From Candidatus Heimdallarchaeota archaeon (lineage in GTDB: Archaea > Asgardarchaeota > Heimdallarchaeia > Hodarchaeales > Hodarchaeaceae): a stretch of DNA of 44,714 nucleotides. Made by a program: the position numbers and the translations under genes. Positions 19,952-29,384 of the stretch are shown here, piece by piece. The stretch covers positions 1 through 44,714 of the forward strand of contig DXJL01000090.1 in assembly GCA_019057635.1 (NCBI GenBank). The letters run 5' to 3'. The notes below the pieces were generated by a model, which searched no databases, was not told the origin of the DNA, and was given only the letters and a program-made list of their open reading frames with translations. Each line of letters starts with the position of its first letter. The stretch's first letter is position 1.

Positions 19952-21067
19952 ATGATTGTAGTTTCTGCACCTGGAAAATTAATGCTCTCGGGTGAATGGA
20001 GTATACTTGAGAAAAATGTTAGATGTATAGTCCTTGCAGTTCAACAGAGAGTTTTTGCTGCAATTCAACCTGAAGAAAAAATGAACATTCATATGAAAGA
20101 TTTCAACCTGACCTCAACAGGCCACTATTCTGATGGAACCCTATCCTTTGATCTCGATGATGACAGACTGATTTTTGCCAAGCATGCCATCGAATCTGCT
20201 TTAAAATACCTAGAAACACGAAACATTCCAATTATGGCCTTTCACCTTGAAACTTGGGGAGATATTAGTACAGTAAATAATACTGAAACGGGTCAAGAAA
20301 TGAAAGTTGGGTTTGGAAGTAGCGCCGCTGCGGTTGTAGCCATTATAGGGGCGATAATTCAATTTCACACAAACTCTAATTTTACGCAACAAGATAAAGA
20401 GACAATATTTAAACTAAGTATAATTTCACATTACCTGGGGCAAGGAAAACTTGGATCTGGTTTTGATGTTGCTGCCTCGACGTTTGGAGGAGCTCTTATT
20501 TATAGAAAATTTGATCCTGATTGGTTACAACAGAATATCATGACAAAAACCTTACATAACTTAGTTAATGAAGAGTGGCCTTTATTACAATATATTCCTA
20601 TAAGTTTACCCGCGGATCTTGTTATGATGGTTGGGTTTACTGGGACGAGTGCTTCCACAAAGAAATTAGTTCAAGAAATGAAGATGTATAAGGAGAAAGA
20701 TCCTGATAACTATTTCACCATTATCTCTCGAATTGCTGATGTTACCGAGCAACTTATAGAAGCTATCAAATCCACAAACCAAATATCTATTCTTAAATTA
20801 CTTGACCAAAATAGAATTTTATTAGAAGAATTAAGTTTTGCATGTTCCTGTCGCTTAGAAATAGAGGCCCATCAAGTGATGAGTCATACTGCTTCAAAAT
20901 ATGGTGCGGTAGCTAAATTTTCTGGAGCAGGAGGCGGAGATTGTAGTGTAGGGGTATGTTTTAATGAAGCAGATGCAGCCATAATTGTCAAAGAATGGGA
21001 AAAAAATGGAATTATGCCTATAGATATAGAATTCTCTAGTGAGGGGATAAAAAAGGTAAATAAATGA
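19952..21067 (+). CDS. Phosphomevalonate kinase (ERG8/MvaK2-type GHMP kinase)
   Basis: SAPGKLMLSGE, KVGFGSSAA, GSGFDVAASTFGG, FTGTSAST, KFSGAGGGDC. Confidence 0.9.
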   Translation: MIVVSAPGKLMLSGEWSILEKNVRCIVLAVQQRVFAAIQPEEKMNIHMKDFNLTSTGHYSDGTLSFDLDDDRLIFAKHAIESALKYLETRNIPIMAFHLETWGDISTVNNTETGQEMKVGFGSSAAAVVAIIGAIIQFHTNSNFTQQDKETIFKLSIISHYLGQGKLGSGFDVAASTFGGALIYRKFDPDWLQQNIMTKTLHNLVNEEWPLLQYIPISLPADLVMMVGFTGTSASTKKLVQEMKMYKEKDPDNYFTIISRIADVTEQLIEAIKSTNQISILKLLDQNRILLEELSFACSCRLEIEAHQVMSHTASKYGAVAKFSGAGGGDCSVGVCFNEADAAIIVKEWEKNGIMPIDIEFSSEGIKKVNK

Positions 21068-21095
21068 TAAATTGTGAGAAGAAAAAGAAAGAAGA

Positions 21096-21485
21096 TTATT
21101 CTATCTCTACCGTACCATTATCGCCATCGACATGGATTTGCATTCCAGTTTGAATTTTACTAACATCGATCTGATCAACACAAGGAAGCTCTGATATGAT
21201 TGTGCCTACCGCAACGATTGCCTCGCAATCATTAAGTACCAATGCTTTCGGTCCTTTCCCCGTTTTGGCCATCTGATAGATCACATACGATCCTACAGTA
21301 GATCCTTTACCTGAGGGAAAGACTAGAATCTTATCATTAATACATATTCCTTCTAGTTCGTGCCCCTTTTCAACGACAACGCCATTGTCAGGATCAACTC
21401 CACCATAGAAAGAAATACTATCTGAAGTTACTAACGCTTCACCTGACGCTTTTCCTTTGAAAATTTTTCGACCAGTTAATTTCAT
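21096..21485 (-). CDS. Phosphomevalonate dehydratase small subunit (aconitase X swivel domain, DUF126)
   Basis: ISFYGGVDP, KILVFPSGKGSTVGSYV; TAATG-coupled to the large subunit. Confidence 0.93.
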   Translation of the reverse strand: MKLTGRKIFKGKASGEALVTSDSISFYGGVDPDNGVVVEKGHELEGICINDKILVFPSGKGSTVGSYVIYQMAKTGKGPKALVLNDCEAIVAVGTIISELPCVDQIDVSKIQTGMQIHVDGDNGTVEIE

Positions 21486-22702
21486 TATGATAGAGCCTCC
21501 TCAAGACATTCATCCATTGACATTAGTTTCACAGCGAACTTATTGCGGCCTGATCCGTAATAACACATTTTCGCAGAATCAGAGGCTAAACCGTGAAAGC
21601 GTCCTTTGATTGGTGCAACTACACAACACGTATCCGCAGCTATTTTCGCCCCCGAATCTTCTATCGTTTTTGTGAATCCCATTCTATCGGCAATCTGTTT
21701 GGTCGGTCTAGCGGTTGTAATCCATACTTCTTTCTTTGGATTTACCGTTTTTCCATTTAATTTTTTGGCAATGTATTCTAATTCGGCCAATGAGGCATGA
21801 GGACAACCTAAACTGATGAAATCAATCTCGGTTTCATCATTTAAATCTCCAAGGGCTTTCTTCATATCTTCTTCTGTAACAGTTTCGACCGTATCTGGAA
21901 TTGAATCAATTTTATTTGGAGTAATATCTTCCATGTGGAACAATGCAACACCACCATAAGTGGCATACGACGCACAAAATGATTTCAGTTCCTCAACAGA
22001 AGCCTTGGGTATTCCAGTGATATATGTGATTTTTTTGCCAAATCGATCTCCGAGGACTTTTCCTAACGCCCCAAATCGAAAAGTATCCTTCACCTCACAT
22101 TTGACATCGACCTTGAGTTCGGGTTGACGATTTTCATCTAGGTGAAATCCATATTCAGGTGTTCTTCCAACAAGAGCTGCACTTAACGCGCTTGGCCCCC
22201 CTTCACGATTGGTTTTGGCACCTAAAACGGAGTTAGCATAACAAACGGCAGAGCTCTCGCTCCATGCAATATGTTGGCCATAGGCAGGAAGATTACCATA
22301 TAAGTAGGGAGTACAGGAACACGTGGTAATTACGTCCAAACGTTTAAACGCATCTACTACACGAATCTGGTTTTCTGCAAATTCCTCATCGATAGCCAGC
22401 TTTTTCCAATCCTCAAGGTCCATTCTGGATCCAATAGCAATTAATTAGCTAAAAGATTTTCCAGCAGGATTGAGGGTGGTTAACGTTCTGACTTTTCCGT
22501 CTTTTGCCATCTCTTCTAGCCATGCTAATCCTGGTTCGTTTAAATTTGCGTAGCTTACACCCGCTATCTGAACCGAAGTGATATCTATCAGTCTTTTTGC
22601 ACCATAAATTTCACCAAGGGTTACTAATATATCCATGGCCGTTTGGGCCGCTTTACCGTATTTCCCTACCACCATATCTTGTTCTTCAGATGTTAATTCC
22701 AT
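21485..22702 (-). CDS. Phosphomevalonate dehydratase large subunit (aconitase X catalytic domain), two exons 22702-22459 and 22422-21485, 393 aa spliced
   Basis: 85-aa and 312-aa ORFs are in the same frame and join as TTLNPAG-MDLEDW; motifs GVSY, CSCTPY, WSESSA, TNREGG, GCPH, DTC all intact. Confidence 0.88.
22423..22458 (-). other. Candidate 36-nt bulge-helix-bulge-type mRNA intron
   Basis: Pre-mRNA CUGG-AAA-AUCU-UU-UAGC-loop-GCUA-UU-GGAU-CCAG-AAU-GGAC; 4-bp central helix CUGG/CCAG; cuts AA^A and AA^U restore the frame and remove an in-frame UAA. Confidence 0.8.
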
Positions 22703-22714
22703 AATTATACCTCA

Positions 22715-24025
22715 TTATTCATTTATATAGTCCTTTAAATCTACTTTGGGAAATTTTGCTCTTGCAAAACTCTTACCTTTTGTTTTAAGTGGAGCAGTTA
22801 AGTCAAATCCAATCTTATTGGTGATTTTTGTCCCAGGTTCTGCACTCGGATCTAGACTTGATCCAGGTTCTTTACCTATATCGACTAAATCCCTCTCAGC
22901 TTGAAAACGAGTGGCCATTGACCATTCTACCTCGAGAGGGTCATAAATATTGATATCTTTATCCACGACGAATACATGCTTACAGCTTCGATGGCCTTGG
23001 AAAGCGGCCTGAATTGCTTTTTTACCGTCGTCCTCTTCTTTTTTTTCTATTTTAACAATTGCATGTAACCATGAAGAGCCACCAGGATTAACATTCACAT
23101 CGATACACTTTACACCTGCTTCATTCACTGTTTTAAAAATTGTGGGTTCTCGGGGCATTCCCATTAAGACTTTATGTTCTAATGCTCCAGGGATCAATGC
23201 TTGCCATATAGGATTCTTCCTATGGGTAATTTTCCTCACTTCGAACACAGGTTCGTCTCGAATTACATCGTATGTTTCAGTTAAATCTATGAAAGGTCCT
23301 TCATCTGATCGATCCTTCATAAATACCCGCCCTTCTAATACTACTTCACACCCTGCTGGTATTAAAACATCGACTGATTTTGCTTTCACCACTTGAGTTG
23401 GAGCTAAGGCATTAGCAATTTCTAATTCATTTATTCCAGTTTTTACTGAAGTCGCAGCCCCTACTAAAATATTAGGTGTGTTTCCTATACAATAAACTGC
23501 ATCCACTTCACCAGTCCTCTCTAAAAACTTATAGAAATCTCTACCCTTGATGATTCTCGTACTCATTCGGTTTTTAGAAAATTGCATGGCCCGATGGAAA
23601 TCTAAATTCTGTCCGTATTCAGGATCTTTCGTCACCACGACTGCAGATGAAATATAACGGCCTCCATCTCGCTCATTGTGTTTTAAGATAGGTAATCTAT
23701 CTAAATCCACTTGTTCCATTACGAGTTCCTGACAAGGAGCACTTGTAACCTCCTCAGGAGCACTCCGATTATCAATGGCCTCTGTTAGTCTTGGTATGAG
23801 TTGATCGGTAGAGATACCAAAATAATTAGCTATACTGATCTTTGTACTGAAAATATTTCCTGCCACGCGGAAATCAGAATAACCTTTTATGTTTTCAAAT
23901 AGAAGAGGCGTTGGTTCAGCTGTTTTCAATACAGCAGCTGCCTCAATATCTATATCCACATCCTTTTTGATTTTAGTAATTGCGTTATTCTTTTCTAATT
24001 GCGTAATATATTCTCGAAAATCCAT
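22715..24025 (-). CDS. UbiD-family decarboxylase, probable trans-anhydromevalonate 5-phosphate decarboxylase
   Basis: LPILKH...DGGRYI, FHR, EGPF, EHKVLMG, VEWSMATRFQ, SSLDPS; lies between mvk and the PMDh subunits. Confidence 0.9.
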   Translation of the reverse strand: MDFREYITQLEKNNAITKIKKDVDIDIEAAAVLKTAEPTPLLFENIKGYSDFRVAGNIFSTKISIANYFGISTDQLIPRLTEAIDNRSAPEEVTSAPCQELVMEQVDLDRLPILKHNERDGGRYISSAVVVTKDPEYGQNLDFHRAMQFSKNRMSTRIIKGRDFYKFLERTGEVDAVYCIGNTPNILVGAATSVKTGINELEIANALAPTQVVKAKSVDVLIPAGCEVVLEGRVFMKDRSDEGPFIDLTETYDVIRDEPVFEVRKITHRKNPIWQALIPGALEHKVLMGMPREPTIFKTVNEAGVKCIDVNVNPGGSSWLHAIVKIEKKEEDDGKKAIQAAFQGHRSCKHVFVVDKDINIYDPLEVEWSMATRFQAERDLVDIGKEPGSSLDPSAEPGTKITNKIGFDLTAPLKTKGKSFARAKFPKVDLKDYINE

Positions 24026-24061
24026 TTTGATTTACACCTGTATTATTATTATTTACTAAAT

Positions 24062-25000
24062 TTAAACTCCTATTTTTGTTTTCCAAGCTGCATAACCTGC
24101 GGTCTTCAATGCATTGTAAACTTTATCCTGCAGCTCTGCTCCTGGAGTTAACACATTTATATTTCCTCCACGTCCTGTACCTGTGACTTTCGCACCCAAC
24201 GCACCTGCATCTCTAGCTATTTTTACCATCTTATCTAACTTTTCATTAGAAACAGTTATTTTTTGTAATAACTCATGATTTTTGTTCATGAGCTTGCCTA
24301 CTTGCTCTAAATTCATCAATTCGAGTGCATGACGGCCATCTTTAGCCACTGATTTATACTCTTTCACTATCTTCTCAAACCACTTGGGATTCTCTTCTTT
24401 CTTTTCACGTACATCAGCAACAACAACACTTGTATTGGCTGTCATCCCCGAACTAGCTATCACCATATCGACAGGTTTAGAAAGTTTAATGGTTTCCATT
24501 GTGTTCGGCCCTCCGTGTAGATTTTTCACGAAATAGACCAAACCACCAAATGTTGAAGCTGTATTATCAATACCACTTGGAGTTCCATGATATCCTTTTT
24601 CACCTTCATAAGCAGCTTCGTTGATTTGAGTATCATTCCATCCCAACTTGTATGCGTCATTTACGGCTCTCGCTAATGCCACACAACTAGCCGCGGAAGC
24701 TCCTACACCACTGGCGCAAGTTAATTTTCCACCTAAAGTGATTTTCAACTTCTCTTTCTCAAGATCTACACCCATAAAGGTCAGGACATTGTTTATTGAA
24801 ATTTTTTGTTCGTCAAATTTCTTTTTTTTATACCCCGGCACTTCTGGCCGGTTATCAATTAGCTCATATCCCTTACCCTCTTCAATTTCTACGATTGCTT
24901 CTGTAGAGTCGCCAATTGCAGAAGCCATTGCAGGTAAACCATAAACGACAAAATGTTCGCCGAAAAGTATTGTTTTACCAAAACCTGAACCCGTTCCCAT
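24062..25000 (-). CDS. mvk: Mevalonate kinase
   Basis: GKTILFGEHFVVYG, GVGASAA, HGTPSGIDN, GAKVTGTGRGG. Confidence 0.93.
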   Translation of the reverse strand: MGTGSGFGKTILFGEHFVVYGLPAMASAIGDSTEAIVEIEEGKGYELIDNRPEVPGYKKKKFDEQKISINNVLTFMGVDLEKEKLKITLGGKLTCASGVGASAASCVALARAVNDAYKLGWNDTQINEAAYEGEKGYHGTPSGIDNTASTFGGLVYFVKNLHGGPNTMETIKLSKPVDMVIASSGMTANTSVVVADVREKKEENPKWFEKIVKEYKSVAKDGRHALELMNLEQVGKLMNKNHELLQKITVSNEKLDKMVKIARDAGALGAKVTGTGRGGNINVLTPGAELQDKVYNALKTAGYAAWKTKIGV

Positions 25001-25162
25001 TTTTATTTTTCACCTAAATCCTCTATTAGTCATTTTTTCTTGTTATTGCCTAAATAAATCAATCTTTTTCGATAATTTCAGATAAAAATTTTTCCTCACT
25101 TGCCTTTTTTTGTCTAGCTAACTGAGAAAAGTTGATATAAAAATTAATTTCGGAGTACAATT

Positions 25163-26383
25163 ATGAGAACTTTGCTAGATTTCGCTTTAAATGATAAAGT
25201 GTGCTTAATTCGTGTAGATTTTAACTGTCCGCTTGATGATGATAAAAAAATTCAAGATTACACCCGAATTAAGGCCCATGCTGAAACTATTAAGGCTATA
25301 TCTGATAATTTGGGAAAATCAGTTATAATTGCTCATCAAGGAAGACCAGGAAGTTCTGATTTTAGCAGTTTGGCACAACACTCAGAAAAACTACAATTGG
25401 TCCTATCAGAAAGATATAAAGTGGATTTTATTGGACAAACTCACGGAGTTGAGGTTGAACAGAGAATTTCTCGAATGAATCCGGGGGATATACTTGTTCT
25501 TGAAAATGTGCGACAAGTAGAGGGAGAAACCGAGAATAAAACTTCTCAGGAACATGCAAATAATGTTTATATCAAAAGTTTAGCAAAGGCAGGGGATATC
25601 TTCATTAATGACGCTTTTTCAGCTGCTCATCGCTCTCATATGAGTTTAGTTGGATTCACAGGTATCTTGCCTTCTGCTGCAGGGCTCATCATGGAAAGGG
25701 AAGTTACAAATCTCCAACGTGTGGTAGATAATCCTCAAAAGCCATGTGTATTCATATTAGGTGGAGTAAAACCTGAAGACTCATTTAAAGTCGCTGATTA
25801 TGTCCTAAGAAAAGACATTGCCGATGCGGTCTTAACAGGAGGAGTAATATCTGAAATTTTATTGATTGCCATGGGAAAATCATTAGGTATACCAACCATG
25901 AATTTCTTAAAGAAAAAGAATTTGCTACAGTTCGTCGATCCCGCAAAAAAGTTGCTTTCAGAGTTTACAGATAAAATTGAGATTCAACAAGATTTTGCAG
26001 TAGATGAAAACGGTCGAACGAATTACACTATGAAAGATCTTCCCCTTAACGCTTCAATTCTTGATATTGGCGAAAAAACCATTCAACTGTACACCGAGAT
26101 TATTCAAAATTCCTCAACCTGTGTTTTTAATGGTCCCATGGGTAAATTTGAAGAACCAGAATTCGCAAAAGGCACCCTAGAAGTGTTTAAAGCTATGAGT
26201 AAATCGCAAGGATTTTCTCTTGCGGGTGGTGGGCACAGTATTTCAATTTTAGAAAAAAATAAGATTAAACTTTCATACATGAGCACCGCTGGTGGTGCTA
26301 TGATCCGTTTTCTGATGGGAAAGACACTTCCTGCCATAGACGCTCTTTACACAAATGTACAACAGTTTTCAGTTGAGGATTAG
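25163..26383 (+). CDS. pgk: Phosphoglycerate kinase
   Basis: RVDFNCP, AHQGRPG, LENVR, NDAFSAAHR, NGPMGKFE, GGGH, STAGGA. Confidence 0.97.
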   Translation: MRTLLDFALNDKVCLIRVDFNCPLDDDKKIQDYTRIKAHAETIKAISDNLGKSVIIAHQGRPGSSDFSSLAQHSEKLQLVLSERYKVDFIGQTHGVEVEQRISRMNPGDILVLENVRQVEGETENKTSQEHANNVYIKSLAKAGDIFINDAFSAAHRSHMSLVGFTGILPSAAGLIMEREVTNLQRVVDNPQKPCVFILGGVKPEDSFKVADYVLRKDIADAVLTGGVISEILLIAMGKSLGIPTMNFLKKKNLLQFVDPAKKLLSEFTDKIEIQQDFAVDENGRTNYTMKDLPLNASILDIGEKTIQLYTEIIQNSSTCVFNGPMGKFEEPEFAKGTLEVFKAMSKSQGFSLAGGGHSISILEKNKIKLSYMSTAGGAMIRFLMGKTLPAIDALYTNVQQFSVED

Positions 26384-26593
26384 ATATTTGAGCTGCTAAC
26401 ACATCTTATTTTCTCTTCTATAATTGTCAAAAGACGAATAATTCCTTTTCCACCCTTTGTTTTTTAAGTACTGGAAGTAATAGGAAGAGTTCCAGATTCT
26501 GTGACTAAATTATTCGAATTTTCTTTATATCGGAAGAGATAAAAAAAGAGAATAGAATTATTATACTAAATTCAAAAAAATGTTGAGTTTAGC

Positions 26594-27115
26594 ATGGTTA
26601 AGTCTGAAGAAGTTAAACAAATTCAAAGCGATCTGGACCTTGTTACTAAAACGGCTAAAGTATTAGCTACTAAGTTAGAAAAAATATCTCAGAGAATAGA
26701 TGAAATTTTGACTTCTTTGCAGACGACAGGAGGAGTCCCAGGCTCAGCTGTTCAAAAATCTGTTTCTAAATCGGCACCTAAGGTGCAAAAATCCGTTAAA
26801 GCGGTTCCAGCTCCACAACCAGAACCTCGAAGGCCAAAGAAAACAATAGCATTTGATAGTGCAGGTAGCAAAGCTGGTAGATACCTAGACTCGTTTTTGA
26901 CCCAGCTTCAGGAGCTGAAAAGAGGAAGAGAAATATGTGATGCGTTATCTCAACTACGAGATCAAGTCATGCAATCTGCAGAAGTTGGATTTCATCCCGC
27001 ATTCCACGAAATGGGAAGAGAGGCAAATCGGTTAAAAAACATCGGTGTAATATCAGAGGAAGAGAGAGAAGTTATAATTGAAAAAGTCTATGATTGGAAA
27101 GAACGTATTGGATAA
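26594..27115 (+). CDS. Hypothetical protein (coiled coil, Pro/Lys linker, helical C-terminal domain)
   Basis: 173-aa ATG ORF with heptad-like N-terminus and amphipathic C-terminal helices. Confidence 0.7.
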   Translation: MVKSEEVKQIQSDLDLVTKTAKVLATKLEKISQRIDEILTSLQTTGGVPGSAVQKSVSKSAPKVQKSVKAVPAPQPEPRRPKKTIAFDSAGSKAGRYLDSFLTQLQELKRGREICDALSQLRDQVMQSAEVGFHPAFHEMGREANRLKNIGVISEEEREVIIEKVYDWKERIG

Positions 27116-27183
27116 CCATCATTTCAAAATATGTAGATTCGTTTGTCTACCATTCCTTTCATTATAGACACTTAGAACAAGGT

Positions 27184-28782
27184 CTATCCGTTCGAGAGAA
27201 TATGAACGGGAGCCCCGCGAGGACGGTTGCGCGGGGTACCAGCACCCATGTAGGATACTGGCGTTGCTAACCTTAAATGAAAACGATTTTTTTGATATTC
27301 TTGATACATTCGATAAATGTTAACCGAACCGATAACGTCACGATCAGCAGTATAGTGACAATGAGGGCATAAAAAGTATCGACCGAGTTTATCAACAGTT
27401 TTTTTGGATGGGTCACTAATTTTCTGACCCATTATTCCGCAACGAGGACAATAACTGGACGTCCAGCGAGCACTGACCCGTTTAATGTTAATATCAAATT
27501 GTTTAGCCTTATAGAGTAATACCTCATATAATGATCCTCGAAGCCAGTTGGAGAGTTTGCGGGAGAGTTTCCGCTTGTTTTTCGGAGGGTCATAGGAACG
27601 TAAATCTTCTAACACTAAAGTCTGGCATTGCCAAAGTAATGCGGTTTCTATAAGATAGTTACTTGTTTGGTGGAGGATAAGCTCACGATAGCGATTCAAC
27701 TTCCGATAAAGTCTCTCTTTCTCTTGTCTACGCTTTCCTTGGCCCAGCCATTGCTCGGGATACCGATCCAGCTTCTTTTGTAGATGTGCAATATGCTGAT
27801 ATAATTGGTCAATTTTATGGAGTAGTTGGTTATCAGATGACCAGAAGATTGGTGGACTAATCTGTGACCCAGCCTCACATATCACCGAGGTCGTCAGATT
27901 AATGACACCAAGATCGGTGGCCATAACCCGCTTTTTCTTTAGGAAAGGGATTTCCTTGTACTTTATTGACCAAGCAAACTCAAAAAAAGGAAGAATCAAC
28001 CCCCCTTTGAGCGTAATATACCGTAAAGTAGGAAGATGGAGTGTATTAGTAGTACTATTTGTACTAGTCGGGGTGTGAACTCGTTGACAAACTTTGGAGG
28101 GAATAATAAGTGAAAACGACAGCCAATGCCAATCACGTCTGGTTATGGGAGAAGATACTAGAGGAAGCTTCAATCGAACCTCGATCTTATCTTTAATACA
28201 GGTTAATTGGATGGCTTGCCCATCATCAGGAGCATAAGGCAGAATAAAAGACCGAATAGTAGGTTTCACCATTTTGGTATAAGGGATACGTGTTAATACC
28301 TCAAGATCTAATCCTAACTTGTAATAATAGCTACGGAATGTCCGTAATGTCTGGCGTATCAATGCTCTTCGATAATATTTTCTTTCAAATTTTACTAGTG
28401 TTTGTGCCATTATTTTCACCAGTGAATCTAGTGAGCCTTCTACTCCCGTCGTTTGGACGATTCGTAACACATCTGAGTAGCACATATATCTTTCAACTTG
28501 CGATCGAAGGATTCGTCCTACCCATTCAGCAATACAGCGTCTGATACGTGAGGGTAGATAAATCGGTTGACCTTGATGGATGAGTTGAATCTGTTGTTCT
28601 CCGATTACCTTGTATGCATTTTTAGTGCTCGCTCCTAATATCTCCAGCCATTTTTCTGACCACAACCGCTGTAATAATTGATACCCTGCTTGTAGCGTCA
28701 GTTCTCTCAAAAAATCAAGCTGAACACGAAGCTCTTCCTGTTGTGGCAGTTTTAGGGGGTAGGACTGTGTATTTTGATTCAT
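27184..28782 (-). CDS. tnpB: RNA-guided endonuclease TnpB
   Basis: RuvC-I TDLG, RuvC-II LEDL, Zn finger CPRC...CPHC, RuvC-III ADRDVIGSVNI. Confidence 0.92.
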   Translation of the reverse strand: MNQNTQSYPLKLPQQEELRVQLDFLRELTLQAGYQLLQRLWSEKWLEILGASTKNAYKVIGEQQIQLIHQGQPIYLPSRIRRCIAEWVGRILRSQVERYMCYSDVLRIVQTTGVEGSLDSLVKIMAQTLVKFERKYYRRALIRQTLRTFRSYYYKLGLDLEVLTRIPYTKMVKPTIRSFILPYAPDDGQAIQLTCIKDKIEVRLKLPLVSSPITRRDWHWLSFSLIIPSKVCQRVHTPTSTNSTTNTLHLPTLRYITLKGGLILPFFEFAWSIKYKEIPFLKKKRVMATDLGVINLTTSVICEAGSQISPPIFWSSDNQLLHKIDQLYQHIAHLQKKLDRYPEQWLGQGKRRQEKERLYRKLNRYRELILHQTSNYLIETALLWQCQTLVLEDLRSYDPPKNKRKLSRKLSNWLRGSLYEVLLYKAKQFDINIKRVSARWTSSYCPRCGIMGQKISDPSKKTVDKLGRYFLCPHCHYTADRDVIGSVNIYRMYQEYQKNRFHLRLATPVSYMGAGTPRNRPRGAPVHILSNG

Positions 28783-29342
28783 GTTTGACAGGCCTTTAAT
28801 GCTTTTTTGGCACGGAGTTTAACAGAACGTTTACCATGAAGATGAGCGCAGAATAACGTGAAAATATCACTCATATCCTGAACCAGATCATCCTTGCATT
28901 CCGTATCATTGATAACGAGTATTTTTCTGTTTGTAGCCTGTAAGGAGGCTTCTAGATATTCAAACCCAACGTGTGTTAGTCGATCTCGATGTTCCACTAT
29001 AAGAATAGTGATAGAATTGTCTTTTAAGATCCTTAATAATTTCTTTCGCTTCCCATTCAACGCGGATCCGACTTCAGTAATTTCTTGGGCAATGCTCAAA
29101 CCTTGTTCTGCGGAAAAATCTCTTAATCGCTGTACCTGCCGTTTTAGCTCTTCTTTTTGATCATAAGATGAGACCTGGGCATAAAGAACTGTTTTTCTTG
29201 CTTGTTCTTCTAGGTTTGTATAAATAATTATACTACCTGTCGGTAATTGCTCTGATTGATGAGGAATTTTCCCTGCTTTGTACATTCGCCCTGCCGTCTT
29301 GTAAGAAATCCCTTTATTCTTCGCATACTCCTATAGTTTCAT
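28779..29342 (-). pseudogene. tnpA: IS607 TnpA serine recombinase, apparently inactivated
   Basis: ATG at 29342 reads MKL*EYAKNKGISYKTA (TAG at 29333-29331); conserved motifs degraded: YAQVSS for YARVSS, DRLTHVG for DRLxRFG, AHLHG for ARLYG. Confidence 0.8.
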
Positions 29343-29384
29343 GTTCTATCTGTCTATGTTTGGGTATATAAAAATTAACTAGGT

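Noticed and set aside
21485-22702. PMDh large subunit as a simple pseudogene or frameshift
   Set aside because: Both parts are in the same frame, all motifs are intact, and the insert forms a splice-motif structure whose predicted cuts restore the junction exactly; pseudogene status is less parsimonious, though not excluded
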